Made by a program: the position numbers and the translations under genes. A stretch of 64,000 nt of DNA from Methanobacteriota archaeon (GTDB lineage: Archaea > Thermoplasmatota > DTKX01 > VGTL01): contig VGTL01000006.1 in the NCBI GenBank assembly GCA_016874675.1, forward strand, positions 9,009 through 73,008, read 5' to 3'. The notes beneath the pieces are model-generated. The model was not told the origin of the DNA. It saw nothing but the letters and a program-made list of their open reading frames with translations, and did no database searches. Positions 25,501-34,833 of this stretch are shown here, piece by piece. Each line of letters opens with the position of its first letter. Within the stretch, counting starts at the first letter, position 1.

Positions 25501-27990
25501 TTGGGCGAGATGCCCCAAAGGAAGCTCGTCGGCCGCGAGGCGGAGGTGGGCCGGCTCAAGAACCTCCTCGACGACGCCCTCGCGGGCCGGGGCCACATCG
25601 TGTTCATCAGCGGGGAGGCGGGGATAGGGAAGACCCGCCTGGTCGACGAGCTGGTCTCGTACGCTCGGGAGATGGGGGTGCTCACCGTGCAGGGGAAATG
25701 CCTCTATCGGGAGGGCACCGACCCCTACCTCCCGTTCACGGACGCCCTGCGCGAGGCCTCGGCGAAGCTCGCGGCCCCCGAGTCCGACGGGGAGGCGATG
25801 CCGCTCACCTTCTCCACCGGCATGGGCGCCGCCAAGGACCTGGGGCCCATGGGGGTGGCCGCGCTGGCGGAGGGCTCCGGCGAGCGGGGGGCGCCCGACA
25901 CGACCGTGCTCGACCTTGCCGGGGAGCTCAGGCGCATAGACATCGGCCGCGAGCGCGACCGGATGTACGAGACCGTCTCCTCGATGATGCTGGAGATAGC
26001 CCGCCGGCGGCCGCTCCTGCTCTTCTTCGACGACCTGCACTGGGCCGACAACGCCACATTGCAGCTTCTGGGCTACGTCGTGCGAAGCATACGCGGCGCC
26101 CGGGTGCTCCTCGTCGCCGCCTACCGGCCGGAGGAGGTCTCGCCCTACCGGGGCCAGCCCCACCCGCTCACGGAGGCCATGGTGCGTATAAACCGCGAGG
26201 GCATCTCCGCCACGATCTCGCTGCGCCGGCTTGACCCGCGCGAGACCCGGCACCTCCTTTCCATAATCCTCAACCGGAGCGACTTCCCCGAGGGGTTCGT
26301 CGAGAAGGTCTTCCGCCAGACCGAGGGGAATCCCTATTTCCTGGAGGAGGTGGTGAAGAGCCTGGTGGACCGGGGCATCATCAACCCCCGGGACTCGCTT
26401 TGGCACCAGAAGGTGGACATGACCTCGCTCGCCATCCCCTCGTCGGTTCGCGCCGCCATCACCCAGCGGATCGGCCGGCTCGGGCCGGCGGCCGCCCGGA
26501 CGCTCCAGAACTCCTCCGTCCTGGGTCAGGAGTTCGATTTCTGGGTGCTCGCCGCCATATCGGACCTGTCCGAGGACGACCTCGTGGAGGCGCTGGAGAG
26601 GCTCATCCACGCCGGACTGCTGCTCGAGGACACCGCCGGAGAGCAGGAGAGGTACCGGTTCTCCTACACGATGATACGGGAGGTCGCCTACGAGAACCTC
26701 AGCCGCACCAAGCGGCGGCTGCTCCACCGCAAGGCGGCCGAGGCCGTGGAGCGGCTCCACCGGGACCGGCGCGACGAGGTCATCTTCTCCCTGGCCTACC
26801 ACTTCTCGATGGCGGGGGACCTCCCCAAGAGCGCCGAGTACTTCGCCATCGCCGGCCGGAAGGCGCTGCAGTCCTTCGCGCCCGACGAGGCCGCCCGCTA
26901 CTTCCGAAAATCCCTGGAGGCCCTCGAGAAGCTCGAGGCCAGCCCGAGGAACCTCAAGCTCGAGGTGGAGGTGCTGGTCTCGCTGGGCAACGTGCTCTAC
27001 ACCACCGGCGAGTGGGACGAGGCGCTGGACTGCTTCTCCGAGGTCATCACGCTAGGCGAGGAGACCGGCGACGAGGGATTGCGGGCGCTCAGCCACCTCA
27101 GGCTGGGCGAGATCCAGGAGAAGCGCAGCGAGTGGGCCCAGGCCGCCGAGAGCCTCGGCAGGGCCCTGGAGCTCTACGACCGGTTGAAGGACGTGAGCGG
27201 CCAGGCGAACGTCCACCGCGCCCGGATGACGATGTTCTGGCGCCAGGGCGAGTACGAGAAGGCGCTGGAGGAGGGGACCAAGGGCCTGCTCCTCCTCGAC
27301 AAGACGGGGGACAAGTACATCACCGGCATGACCCTCATAACCCTGGGAGCGGTGTACTACGACACGGGCGACTTCGGCAAGTCCCGGCAGTACTACGAGG
27401 AGGGGCTGGCCCTGGCCCGCGAGATCGGCGACCCGCTGGAGACCGCCCGCGCGCTGGGGAGCCTGGGCAACCTCGAGATGCGCGACGGCCGGCTGGACGC
27501 CGCGCTGGGGCTCTTCGAGAGGAGCATTTCGGCCGCGAAGTCGTCGGGGAACGCGCGCCAGGTCGGCTACGCCCTGGCCAGCGCCGGGGAGTGCCTCGCC
27601 CGCATGGGCGACCTCGAGAAGGCGATGGAGTACCTGGACCGGTCGATAACCATCTTCGAGAAGCTCGACGAGAGGGTGATGATAGGCTCCATAATGATGC
27701 TTAGGGGCATCATCTACCGCAACAACGAGGAGTGGGAGATGGCCCGAAAATGCTTCACCGAGAGCACCCGCATCGTCGAGGAGCTGGAGATGCCCTACGT
27801 CCTGGGCGAGCACCTCCTGGAGTTCGGGATAACCGCTAGCATGCAGGGCGACCGCAAGGAGGCGCGGCGCCTCCTCACCCGCGCGCTGCGCACCTTCGAG
27901 GCCATAGGCGCCAAGAAGTACGTCGAAAAGGCCCGCTCCGAGCTCCGCCGCCTCGACGAATCCGACTGGGAGGAGGAGAAGGCGGAGTGA
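25501..27990 (+). CDS. AAA_16/STAND-type P-loop NTPase + TPR repeats, paralog without HTH
   Basis: 'LVGREAEVGRLKNLLDDALAGRGHIVFISGEAGIGKTRL' and 'LLLFFDDLHWAD' are hallmark AAA_16 motifs. A TPR array follows. Confidence 0.6.
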   Translation: MGEMPQRKLVGREAEVGRLKNLLDDALAGRGHIVFISGEAGIGKTRLVDELVSYAREMGVLTVQGKCLYREGTDPYLPFTDALREASAKLAAPESDGEAMPLTFSTGMGAAKDLGPMGVAALAEGSGERGAPDTTVLDLAGELRRIDIGRERDRMYETVSSMMLEIARRRPLLLFFDDLHWADNATLQLLGYVVRSIRGARVLLVAAYRPEEVSPYRGQPHPLTEAMVRINREGISATISLRRLDPRETRHLLSIILNRSDFPEGFVEKVFRQTEGNPYFLEEVVKSLVDRGIINPRDSLWHQKVDMTSLAIPSSVRAAITQRIGRLGPAAARTLQNSSVLGQEFDFWVLAAISDLSEDDLVEALERLIHAGLLLEDTAGEQERYRFSYTMIREVAYENLSRTKRRLLHRKAAEAVERLHRDRRDEVIFSLAYHFSMAGDLPKSAEYFAIAGRKALQSFAPDEAARYFRKSLEALEKLEASPRNLKLEVEVLVSLGNVLYTTGEWDEALDCFSEVITLGEETGDEGLRALSHLRLGEIQEKRSEWAQAAESLGRALELYDRLKDVSGQANVHRARMTMFWRQGEYEKALEEGTKGLLLLDKTGDKYITGMTLITLGAVYYDTGDFGKSRQYYEEGLALAREIGDPLETARALGSLGNLEMRDGRLDAALGLFERSISAAKSSGNARQVGYALASAGECLARMGDLEKAMEYLDRSITIFEKLDERVMIGSIMMLRGIIYRNNEEWEMARKCFTESTRIVEELEMPYVLGEHLLEFGITASMQGDRKEARRLLTRALRTFEAIGAKKYVEKARSELRRLDESDWEEEKAE

Positions 27991-27992
27991 AC

Positions 27993-28014
27993 CCGGGTGC
28001 CGGCACCCGGTTTC
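27993..28014. terminator. Palindrome plus T-tract between convergent genes (bidirectional terminator candidate)
   Basis: A perfect 18-nt palindrome 'ccgggtgccggcacccgg' is followed by 'tttc'. It lies between the 3' ends of the STAND gene and the L10e gene. Confidence 0.45.
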
Positions 28015-28533
28015 TTACGCGACCAGTTCCGCGCCCTTCTCGATGACCATGCGGGTGGGTGTGGGAAGCTTCACCGAGCCGCGCTTGAGCGCGATCTTTG
28101 CGGCGTCGAGGTGCTCCTTGTTCACCCGGACGGTTATTATCCTCTGGCCGCGGTCCACGCGCGCCACGGTCCCGATGGCCTTCCCGAAAGCGGCGCGCAT
28201 TCCCTGCGAGACGCGGTCGGCGCCGGCGCCCGTGGCCTGCTTGTTCTCCCGGATGACCACGTGCGGGTATAGGCGCACCTTCATGTGGTAGCCCTCGTTG
28301 CCGGTGCGGTTCTGGAGCTCCCGGTTGACCGCAACGCGCAAAGCCTCCAGGGCGATGTGGCGTATCTGGCACCTCTCCTCGGCGAGCAGGGTGAGCGTGA
28401 GGTCGAACGGCTTGGAGGTCTTTCCCATGTTGAACTGGGTGATCCGGGGCGCAGGCACGCCGCCCATGTACTTGCGCTGGCAGTAGGCCTGGCTCTTTAT
28501 CTCGCGGTACATCCTTCCGGGCTTTCGCGTCAT
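28015..28533 (-). CDS. rpl10e: 50S ribosomal protein L10e (uL16)
   Basis: Sequences 'QRKYMGGVPAPRITQFNMG' and 'HVVIRENKQATGAGADRVSQGM' match the archaeal/eukaryotic L10e family. Confidence 0.85.
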   Translation of the reverse strand: MTRKPGRMYREIKSQAYCQRKYMGGVPAPRITQFNMGKTSKPFDLTLTLLAEERCQIRHIALEALRVAVNRELQNRTGNEGYHMKVRLYPHVVIRENKQATGAGADRVSQGMRAAFGKAIGTVARVDRGQRIITVRVNKEHLDAAKIALKRGSVKLPTPTRMVIEKGAELVA

Positions 28534-28605
28534 CTGGTCCCCCTCGGAGCGTCAGGCGGGGCCAAAAGGGTGGGTGCTTAAATAAGTTGCGACGGCCGGC
28601 TCTCC

Positions 28606-28621
28606 CAATTTATATATATCG
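28606..28621 (+). promoter_or_regulatory. TATA-like element
   Basis: The sequence 'caatttatatatatcg' lies about 25 bp upstream of 28642. Confidence 0.4.
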
Positions 28622-28641
28622 ACACGGCCTAGTCCGGAAAG

Positions 28642-29460
28642 ATGCGGGGTCATTGCCATATTTCCGGGCCCGGGCGGGTCCGGTTCGCCGTGGCGGCCTT
28701 CGGCGTCCTTTCAACCCTCATCATCCTGGCGGCCGGCCCCGCCTGCGCCGGAGGGCCGCTCCCGCCCCGCATCGTCTCCGCCCCGCCCGTCTCGGCCCAG
28801 GTCGGCCACGAATACAGCTACGGCGTCGAGGCCGTGGACGACGACGGCGATACCCTGTCCTATTCGCTTGAGCAGTATCCGCCGGGCATGGTAGTGGATT
28901 TCCGGTCAGGGTTGCTGAGGTGGACCCCGGAGCCGGGACAGGCGGGCGAATTCCCGGTGGCGGTCTCCGTATCGGACGGGACCTTCCGGGTGTCCCAGTC
29001 ATTCTCGGTGACGGTCACGAACGGCACGCCCCCGCCCCCGGTCGTGCGGTTCGTCTACCCGGCGGACGGCGCCCCGGCCAACCGCAGCCTCCACCTCATG
29101 GGCATGGTCAGGTCCGCCCCGGGCGCCCCGGCCGTGGAGAGGGTGGAGGTCAGAATCGACTCTGGGCCCTGGCTCAACGCGGAGCTCTCGGGCGACGGGT
29201 GGAGCTACCTTCTGGACACCTCCAGGTCGAAGAACGGCCCCCACCGGGCGTACGTCCGGGCCGCTGACGCCCGGGGCTACTCGGAGACCGCCCAGATCAA
29301 CCTCACCTACGACAACCCGCGCTACATCCTCCTGGATTACCCCCTGACGGTCGGTCCCCCGGCCCTGCCCTTCCTGCTGGCCGCGCTGGCGGCGATGGCG
29401 GCAGGGCCCGTGGTGATCTACCTACGAATCCTTTGGAAGGAGCGCTCATCGCGCCGGTGA
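28642..29460 (+). CDS. Secreted Ig-like/cadherin-like domain surface protein with C-terminal TM anchor
   Basis: A signal peptide is present. 'DGDTLSYSLEQYPPGMVVDFRSGLLRWTPEPGQAGEFPVAVSVSDG' matches the putative-Ig (dystroglycan-type cadherin-like) domain. A C-terminal hydrophobic anchor is followed by basic residues. Confidence 0.5.
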   Translation: MRGHCHISGPGRVRFAVAAFGVLSTLIILAAGPACAGGPLPPRIVSAPPVSAQVGHEYSYGVEAVDDDGDTLSYSLEQYPPGMVVDFRSGLLRWTPEPGQAGEFPVAVSVSDGTFRVSQSFSVTVTNGTPPPPVVRFVYPADGAPANRSLHLMGMVRSAPGAPAVERVEVRIDSGPWLNAELSGDGWSYLLDTSRSKNGPHRAYVRAADARGYSETAQINLTYDNPRYILLDYPLTVGPPALPFLLAALAAMAAGPVVIYLRILWKERSSRR

Positions 29461-29485
29461 GGCCGGGTCCCCCTGCCGCCCCGGC

Positions 29486-30622
29486 TCACCGCACCATGTC
29501 GAGGCCGCCCGGCTGGGGCTTCCCGGCGCCGTACTGCAGGGCGGTCCGGTCGCTGCGGCCGGCCATCTGCTTGGAGGTGACCCCGGTGACGACGAGCATC
29601 ACCTTGACCGTGCCCTTCATCTCCGGCTCCACCGCCGCGCCCCAGATCATGCGGGTGTTGGGGTTGACCTTGGACTGGATTATCTCGGCGACCTTCTCGG
29701 CCTCGGCCAGCGTCATGTCCGGGCCGCCGGTTATCTTGACCAGGGCGCCGGTGGCGTTGCGCACGTCGTACTCGAGGAGCGGGCAGTTGAGGACGGCCGA
29801 GACGGCGTCGTCGACCCTCTCGCCGCCGGGCGCGTCGGACTCGCCCAGGCCCATCACGGAGACTCCGCCTCCCTCGATTATCGTCTTGAGGTCGTTGTAG
29901 TCGAGGTTGACCAGCCCCGGCTTGGTTATGAGCTCGATTATCGACTTCATCGAGTCCATGAGCAGCTCGTCGAGCACGAGGAAGGCCTGGTTGAGCGGGA
30001 GCTTGGGGGCCATCTCGAGCAGGCGGTCGTTGGAGATCGTGACGACCGTGTCGGCCACGGCGCTGAGCCTGGCCAGGCCCATGTCGGCCTCCTCCATCCG
30101 CCGCTTGCCCTCGCCCCTGAACGGCTTGGTGACGAAGGCGATGACCATCGCGCCGGCCTGCTTGGCGAGCTGGGCCACGACGGGCGCCGTTCCGGTCCCG
30201 GTCCCGCCGCCCATGCCGGCGGCGACGAACACTATATGCGCTCCCTGGAGGGCCTTCTTGAAGTCCTCCTCGCTCTCGCGCGCCGACTGCTCGCCGACAT
30301 TGGGCTCGCCGCCGGCCCCGAGGCCGCGGGTGAGCCTCTTACCGACGAGGATCTTCTTGTGGGCGTGGGTGTTGAGCAGGTGGCGCGCGTCGGTGTTGCA
30401 GGCGATGAGCTCGGCGCCGACGACGCCCTCGTTCATCAGGCGGGTGACCGTGTTGGAGCCGCCGCCGCCGCATCCGAATACCTTTATCGAGAGCTTCAAT
30501 CCCTCGATGAGCTCCATGAGCTCCTTGTCGTCGGGTGTCTCCGGCGTCGCCGGCTGCGCCTGTTCTGGGAGGCCTGTTCTTGCGAGGGCGTTGTCGACCA
30601 TTGACTTCATCGCGACCACCAT
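29486..30622 (-). CDS. ftsZ: Cell division GTPase FtsZ
   Basis: The tubulin signature 'GGGTGTG' and 'VFGCGGGGSNTV' are present. The ORF-track start at 31120 extends through a repeat. The start is taken as ATG 30622 (alternatively 30610), which is leaderless from the TATA at 30648-30659. Confidence 0.9.
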   Translation of the reverse strand: MVVAMKSMVDNALARTGLPEQAQPATPETPDDKELMELIEGLKLSIKVFGCGGGGSNTVTRLMNEGVVGAELIACNTDARHLLNTHAHKKILVGKRLTRGLGAGGEPNVGEQSARESEEDFKKALQGAHIVFVAAGMGGGTGTGTAPVVAQLAKQAGAMVIAFVTKPFRGEGKRRMEEADMGLARLSAVADTVVTISNDRLLEMAPKLPLNQAFLVLDELLMDSMKSIIELITKPGLVNLDYNDLKTIIEGGGVSVMGLGESDAPGGERVDDAVSAVLNCPLLEYDVRNATGALVKITGGPDMTLAEAEKVAEIIQSKVNPNTRMIWGAAVEPEMKGTVKVMLVVTGVTSKQMAGRSDRTALQYGAGKPQPGGLDMVR

Positions 30623-30647
30623 TCTGGCTGTGACCTTAATGTTATTA

Positions 30648-30659
30648 GAATGATATAAG
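30648..30659 (-). promoter_or_regulatory. TATA box for ftsZ (leaderless)
   Basis: The minus-strand sequence 'cttatatcattc' lies about 26-37 bp upstream of start 30622. Confidence 0.5.
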
Positions 30660-30685
30660 GGTTTATGTCGACACGCTAGCCGGAC

Positions 30686-30912
30686 GAAGGGGGCGGGGAG
30701 CGGGCGGGAAGGGAGGAAGGCAGCAAGGGAAGGCAGGAAGGCAGCAAGGCAGCAAGGGAAGGCAGGAAGGCAGCAAGGCAGCAAGGGAAGGGAGGAAGGG
30801 AGAAATGGGAGGACCGTCGTCCCTTGCTGCCTTCCTGCCTTCCCTTGCTGCCTTGCTGCCTTGCTGCCTTCCTGCCTTCCCTTGCTGCCTTGCTGCCTTG
30901 CTGCCCTCCTGC
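30686..30912. repeat. Largest inverted-repeat element (GGCAGCAAG/GGCAGGAAG)n ... (CTTGCTGCC)n in ftsZ / folD divergent region
   Basis: A roughly 120-nt purine arm is followed by the centre 'gggaggaccgtcgtccc' and a roughly 90-nt pyrimidine arm 'ttgctgccttcctgccttcccttgctgccttgctgccttgctgcc...'. Confidence 0.85.
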
Positions 30913-30921
30913 CAATCGCTC

Positions 30922-30944
30922 GATATATAAAAATAGTTATATAT
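30922..30944 (+). promoter_or_regulatory. TATA box for folD
   Basis: The sequence 'gatatataaaaatagttatatat' lies about 30 bp upstream of ATG 30975. A GGAGGGGG Shine-Dalgarno is present. Confidence 0.5.
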
Positions 30945-30974
30945 CGCAGAGGAGTTAAAGGGCTCCGGAGGGGG

Positions 30975-31868
30975 ATGGATTTGACGGCGAAACTGATATT
31001 GGGGAAGGACATCGGGAACCAGATCCGGGAAGAGCTCAAAACCGAGGTGGAGGGGCTCAAGAAGAAGGGCGTCCACCCCGGATTGGCGGTGGTGCTCGTC
31101 GGAGAGGACCCGGCCTCCACGGTCTATGTCACCAACAAGGGGCAGGCCTGCCGCGACCTCGGGATACACGAGGAGACGTTCGGGCTCCCGGCCTCTACGA
31201 GCGAGGCCGAGCTGCTGGCCCTGGTCGACAGGCTCAACGCCGACCCGAAGTTCCACGGCATCCTGGTCCAGCTCCCTCTGCCCAAGCACATCGACTCCAA
31301 CAAGGTGCTTCTCCGGATGAACCCGGACAAGGACGTCGACGGCTTCCACCCGATGAACGTCGGGCGGCTGATGGTGGGCGAGCCGATCTTTTTGCCCTGC
31401 ACCCCCGCCGGCGTCCAGCAGATGCTGGTGCGCTCCGGCAACGACCCGGCCGGGAAGCACGTGGTCATCTGCGGCCGGTCCAACATCGTTGGAAAGCCCA
31501 TGGCCAACATACTCATCCAGAAGGCCAAGGGGGCCAACGCCACGGTCACATTGTGCCACACCGGGACCAAGGACATGGCCTCCATCACCCGCCAGGCCGA
31601 CATATTGATCGCCGCGATGGGAGTTCCCAAGGCGATAACGGCCGACATGGTCCGCGAAGGGGCGGTGGTCATCGACGTCGGGGTGAACCGGATACCGGAC
31701 CCGTCGGCGCCCAAGGGCACCCGGCTCGTGGGCGACACGGACTTCGAGGCCATCAAGGAGAAGGCCTCGGCCATAACCCCCGTGCCGGGGGGCGTCGGCC
31801 CCATGACCATCACCATGCTGATGGTGAACACCGTCCGGGCGGCCAAGGCCGCCCACGGGTTGAAGTAG
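30975..31868 (+). CDS. folD: Bifunctional methylene-THF dehydrogenase / methenyl-THF cyclohydrolase
   Basis: 'GLAVVLVGEDPASTVYVTNK' and 'ILVQLPLPKHID' match FolD. Confidence 0.9.
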   Translation: MDLTAKLILGKDIGNQIREELKTEVEGLKKKGVHPGLAVVLVGEDPASTVYVTNKGQACRDLGIHEETFGLPASTSEAELLALVDRLNADPKFHGILVQLPLPKHIDSNKVLLRMNPDKDVDGFHPMNVGRLMVGEPIFLPCTPAGVQQMLVRSGNDPAGKHVVICGRSNIVGKPMANILIQKAKGANATVTLCHTGTKDMASITRQADILIAAMGVPKAITADMVREGAVVIDVGVNRIPDPSAPKGTRLVGDTDFEAIKEKASAITPVPGGVGPMTITMLMVNTVRAAKAAHGLK

Positions 31869-31887
31869 GGCGAACGCGGGGTCTTCG

Positions 31888-33777
31888 ATGGTCGCCAAGG
31901 CGAAGGTCACGTTCCTCCCCTCCGGCCGGACCATCGAGGTCGCCCCCGGGACGACGCTCTACAAGGCCGCCGTGGAGGCGGGGGTGGAGCTCAACTCGAT
32001 CTGCGGCGGCAAGGGCAAGTGCGGCAAGTGCCGCGCGCAGGTCCACGGCAAATACGAGCTCGACCACCTCCATCCCCTTTCCCGGGAGGAGCTGGAATCG
32101 GGTAGCTTCCTGGCCTGCAGCACGCGCGTCAGGGGCGACGTCCGGGTGTTCATTCCGGACACGAGCACGGCCGGCAAGGGACAGATACTGACCTCCTGCG
32201 CGGCCACCTGCCGCCGCCCCGACCCGCCGGTGCAGAAGGCGGTCCTGGAGCTGCCCCGCCCCACGCTCAACGACAATCTGGCCGACCTGGAGAGGATGCT
32301 CCGGGGCCTCCGGGTGAAGCGGCTGGGCGAGCCCCACCTGGACATGGCGGTGCTGCAGGAGCTCCCGGTGACCGTCCGCAAGAAGGACTGGCGGGTCACC
32401 GCCTCCTTCATCAGGTGCGGCGGGTGCTCGCGCATGGTGAGGGTCGAGCCGGGGGACACCACGGAGATGAACCACGGGCTGGCGGTGGACATCGGCACCA
32501 CCACGGTGGTGGTCCAGCTCCTCAATCTCCTGGACGGCCGGACTATCCGCACCGCGGCGGCCTACAACCGCCAGATCTCCTGCGGGGAGGACGTCATATC
32601 CCGCATCGACTATGCCGCCGAGAACGGGCCGGGGACCCTCAGGAGACTGGTTCTCGAGACCATCAACATGCTGATAGCGGACGTCTGCGTCGAGGTCCCG
32701 CCCCGCGAGGTGACGAGCGCCTGCGTCGCCGGCAACACGACTATGGTCCACCTCTTCCTGGGGCTGGACCCGACCAACATCAAGCTCGACCCGTACATCC
32801 CCGTCACGAACTCGCCACCGCCGCTGACCGCCCGGGCGACGGGGCTCGGCCTCCACCCCGAATCACCGGTCATCATCGTGCCGGGCCGGAGCGGCTACGT
32901 GGGCGGCGACATCACCGCCGACGTGATAGCCTCGGGGATGCACCGGCGCAGGGAGCTCGCCCTGCTCATAGACGTCGGAACGAACGGCGAGGTCGTCCTC
33001 GGCAACGACCAGTGGCTCGTGGGCTGCTCGTGCTCGGCCGGGCCCGCCTTCGAGGGGGGCGAGGTGCGCTTCGGCATGAGGGCCGCGGAGGGCGCGATAG
33101 AGCGGGTCAACGTCGGCAAGAGATTCTGGCTCAACTTCTGCACGATAGGCGGGACGAAGGCGCGGGGCATCTGCGGCTCCGGGCTGATCGACCTCATCTC
33201 CGGCCTCTTCACGAGGGGGGCGCTGGACAAGGCCGGCCGGTTCCGCGACGCACTGCCGGGGCGCATCCGGCCCGGGACCGAGGGCAGGGAGTTCGTGGTG
33301 GCCTCCGGGAGCGAGACGGCCTCGGGCTCGCCAATCGTGCTCACCGAGGCGGACATAAAGAACATAATCCGGACCAAATCCTCGCTCTACGCCGCCGCCT
33401 CGGTCCTGGTCAACTCGCTGGGCCAGAGGATGGAGGACGTCCAGAAGGTCTACATCTGCGGCGGGTTCGGGAACTACCTCAACATAGACAAGGCGGTCTC
33501 CATCGGCCTTCTGCCCGACCTCCCGCGCAAGAGGTTCAGGTTCATGGGCAACGGGGCTCTGGCCGGGGCGGCGCTCTGCGTGCTCTCCAGGCGCTCGGCG
33601 GCCGAGGCGGCCAAGGTGGCGGCCAAGATGACCTACATGGAGCTCTCGGTGAACGCCTCTTTCATGGGCGAGTTCACCTCGGCGCTCTTCCTGCCCCACA
33701 CGGACGAGCGGCTTTTCCCGTCGGTGGGCCGCCACCCCCCGGGGTACGATGAGACCAAGCACGACCGGTCGGAGTGA
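31888..33777 (+). CDS. Reductive activator of corrinoid Fe-S protein (RACo; 2Fe-2S ferredoxin + ASKHA ATPase)
   Basis: An N-terminal plant-type 2Fe-2S motif 'CGGKGKCGKC' is followed by a roughly 500-aa ASKHA/DUF4445 domain. The 629-aa length fits RACo, and the gene lies next to Wood-Ljungdahl genes. Confidence 0.75.
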   Translation: MVAKAKVTFLPSGRTIEVAPGTTLYKAAVEAGVELNSICGGKGKCGKCRAQVHGKYELDHLHPLSREELESGSFLACSTRVRGDVRVFIPDTSTAGKGQILTSCAATCRRPDPPVQKAVLELPRPTLNDNLADLERMLRGLRVKRLGEPHLDMAVLQELPVTVRKKDWRVTASFIRCGGCSRMVRVEPGDTTEMNHGLAVDIGTTTVVVQLLNLLDGRTIRTAAAYNRQISCGEDVISRIDYAAENGPGTLRRLVLETINMLIADVCVEVPPREVTSACVAGNTTMVHLFLGLDPTNIKLDPYIPVTNSPPPLTARATGLGLHPESPVIIVPGRSGYVGGDITADVIASGMHRRRELALLIDVGTNGEVVLGNDQWLVGCSCSAGPAFEGGEVRFGMRAAEGAIERVNVGKRFWLNFCTIGGTKARGICGSGLIDLISGLFTRGALDKAGRFRDALPGRIRPGTEGREFVVASGSETASGSPIVLTEADIKNIIRTKSSLYAAASVLVNSLGQRMEDVQKVYICGGFGNYLNIDKAVSIGLLPDLPRKRFRFMGNGALAGAALCVLSRRSAAEAAKVAAKMTYMELSVNASFMGEFTSALFLPHTDERLFPSVGRHPPGYDETKHDRSE

Positions 33778-33825
33778 GGGGGAACGGGGAACCAAGGCGC
33801 ATGGCGTAGGGTAGGAAGCTAGAAA

Positions 33826-33915
33826 CCTCGGACTTCAGTCCGAGGTCGTTTCACCATAGGAGGCGTCGATGCCCCGGACTTCAGTCCGGGGTGCAAGGTG
33901 CAAGGACATGGTGCA
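33826..33915. repeat. Twin perfect stem-loops CCYCGGAC-TTCA-GTCCGRGG 46 nt apart, followed by (GTGCAAGG)2, between convergent RACo and metF
   Basis: Hairpin 1 'cctcggacttcagtccgagg' lies at 33826-33845 and hairpin 2 'ccccggacttcagtccgggg' at 33872-33891. Each is an 8-bp stem with a 4-nt loop. Confidence 0.7.
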
Positions 33916-34833
33916 TCAGACGACCGGTCGCGGCAGCAGCCCGGCGCCCTCGACGATCTCGGGGACCTTCTCCTCCCAGGCGATGGCCATCACGTGGACG
34001 CCGTGGACGCCCTTCATCTCCCGGAGCTGCTTCACGGTCTCGATGCAGATCCTGATGCCCTCGGCCTTGGGGTCGGAGGCCTTCTCCATTCGGGAGATGA
34101 CGGAATCGGGCATTATGATGCCGGCCACCTTGTTCTTCATGTACTTGGCGACCTTTGCGGACTTGAGCGGGGTGACCCCCCCCAGGATGTGCACCTTCCC
34201 GTCCAGGTGGCGGGACCGGACGTCCTCCATGAACCTCTCGAACCGGTCGATGTCGTAGATGACCTGCGACTGGATGAAGTCGGCCCCGGCCTTGATCTTC
34301 TTGGCCAGCCGGTGGACGCGGAACTCGTGCGGCGTGCCGAAGGGATTTTCGGCCGCGCCCAGAAAGAGCTGGGGCGCCTTGGTCAGCGCGTCGGCGCCCA
34401 GTATCTTGCCCTCGTCGCGCATGGTCTTGAAGAGGAGGAGCTCCTGTATCGAATCGACGTCGAAGACGTTCTTCGCCCCGGGGAGGTTGCCCAGCGTCTG
34501 GTGGTCGCCGGTGAGGCAAAGCAGGTTCTTGATGCCCAGGGCGGAGGCCCCGAGGACGTCGCTCTGCATGGCGATGCGGTTGCGGTCCCGGCACACCATC
34601 TGCATGACGGGCTCGACGCCCTCCTGGAGAAGGATGATGCTCCCGGCCATGCTGGAAAGGCGGACCACGGCCGTCTGGTTGTCCGTGACATTGAAAGCGT
34701 CGGCCTTGCCCTTGAGCTCCCGGGCCCAGTGGCGCATGTGCTCCCCGTCCGCGCCCTTGGGCGGGCCGATCTCGGCCGTGACGGCGAAACCGCCGGAGGA
34801 GAGGACCTTCTCGAGGTTGCTGCCCGCTTTCAT
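33916..34833 (-). CDS. metF: Methylene-THF reductase, small acetogen type
   Basis: The protein is a roughly 300-aa TIM-barrel MTHFR-like sequence. Its start overlaps the metV stop by 4 nt. Confidence 0.75.
   Translation of the reverse strand: MKAGSNLEKVLSSGGFAVTAEIGPPKGADGEHMRHWARELKGKADAFNVTDNQTAVVRLSSMAGSIILLQEGVEPVMQMVCRDRNRIAMQSDVLGASALGIKNLLCLTGDHQTLGNLPGAKNVFDVDSIQELLLFKTMRDEGKILGADALTKAPQLFLGAAENPFGTPHEFRVHRLAKKIKAGADFIQSQVIYDIDRFERFMEDVRSRHLDGKVHILGGVTPLKSAKVAKYMKNKVAGIIMPDSVISRMEKASDPKAEGIRICIETVKQLREMKGVHGVHVMAIAWEEKVPEIVEGAGLLPRPVV

Noticed and set aside
30686-30912. Protein-coding potential of the repeat elements (ORF-track ORFs such as 30676-30915 -, 16441-17277 +, 51000-51377 -)
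   Set aside because: Their translations (GSKAARQQGKAGRQ..., LPCCLAAFLPS...) are direct consequences of T-free nonamer repeats read in either orientation. Such ORFs start and stop within or at the edges of the palindromes.
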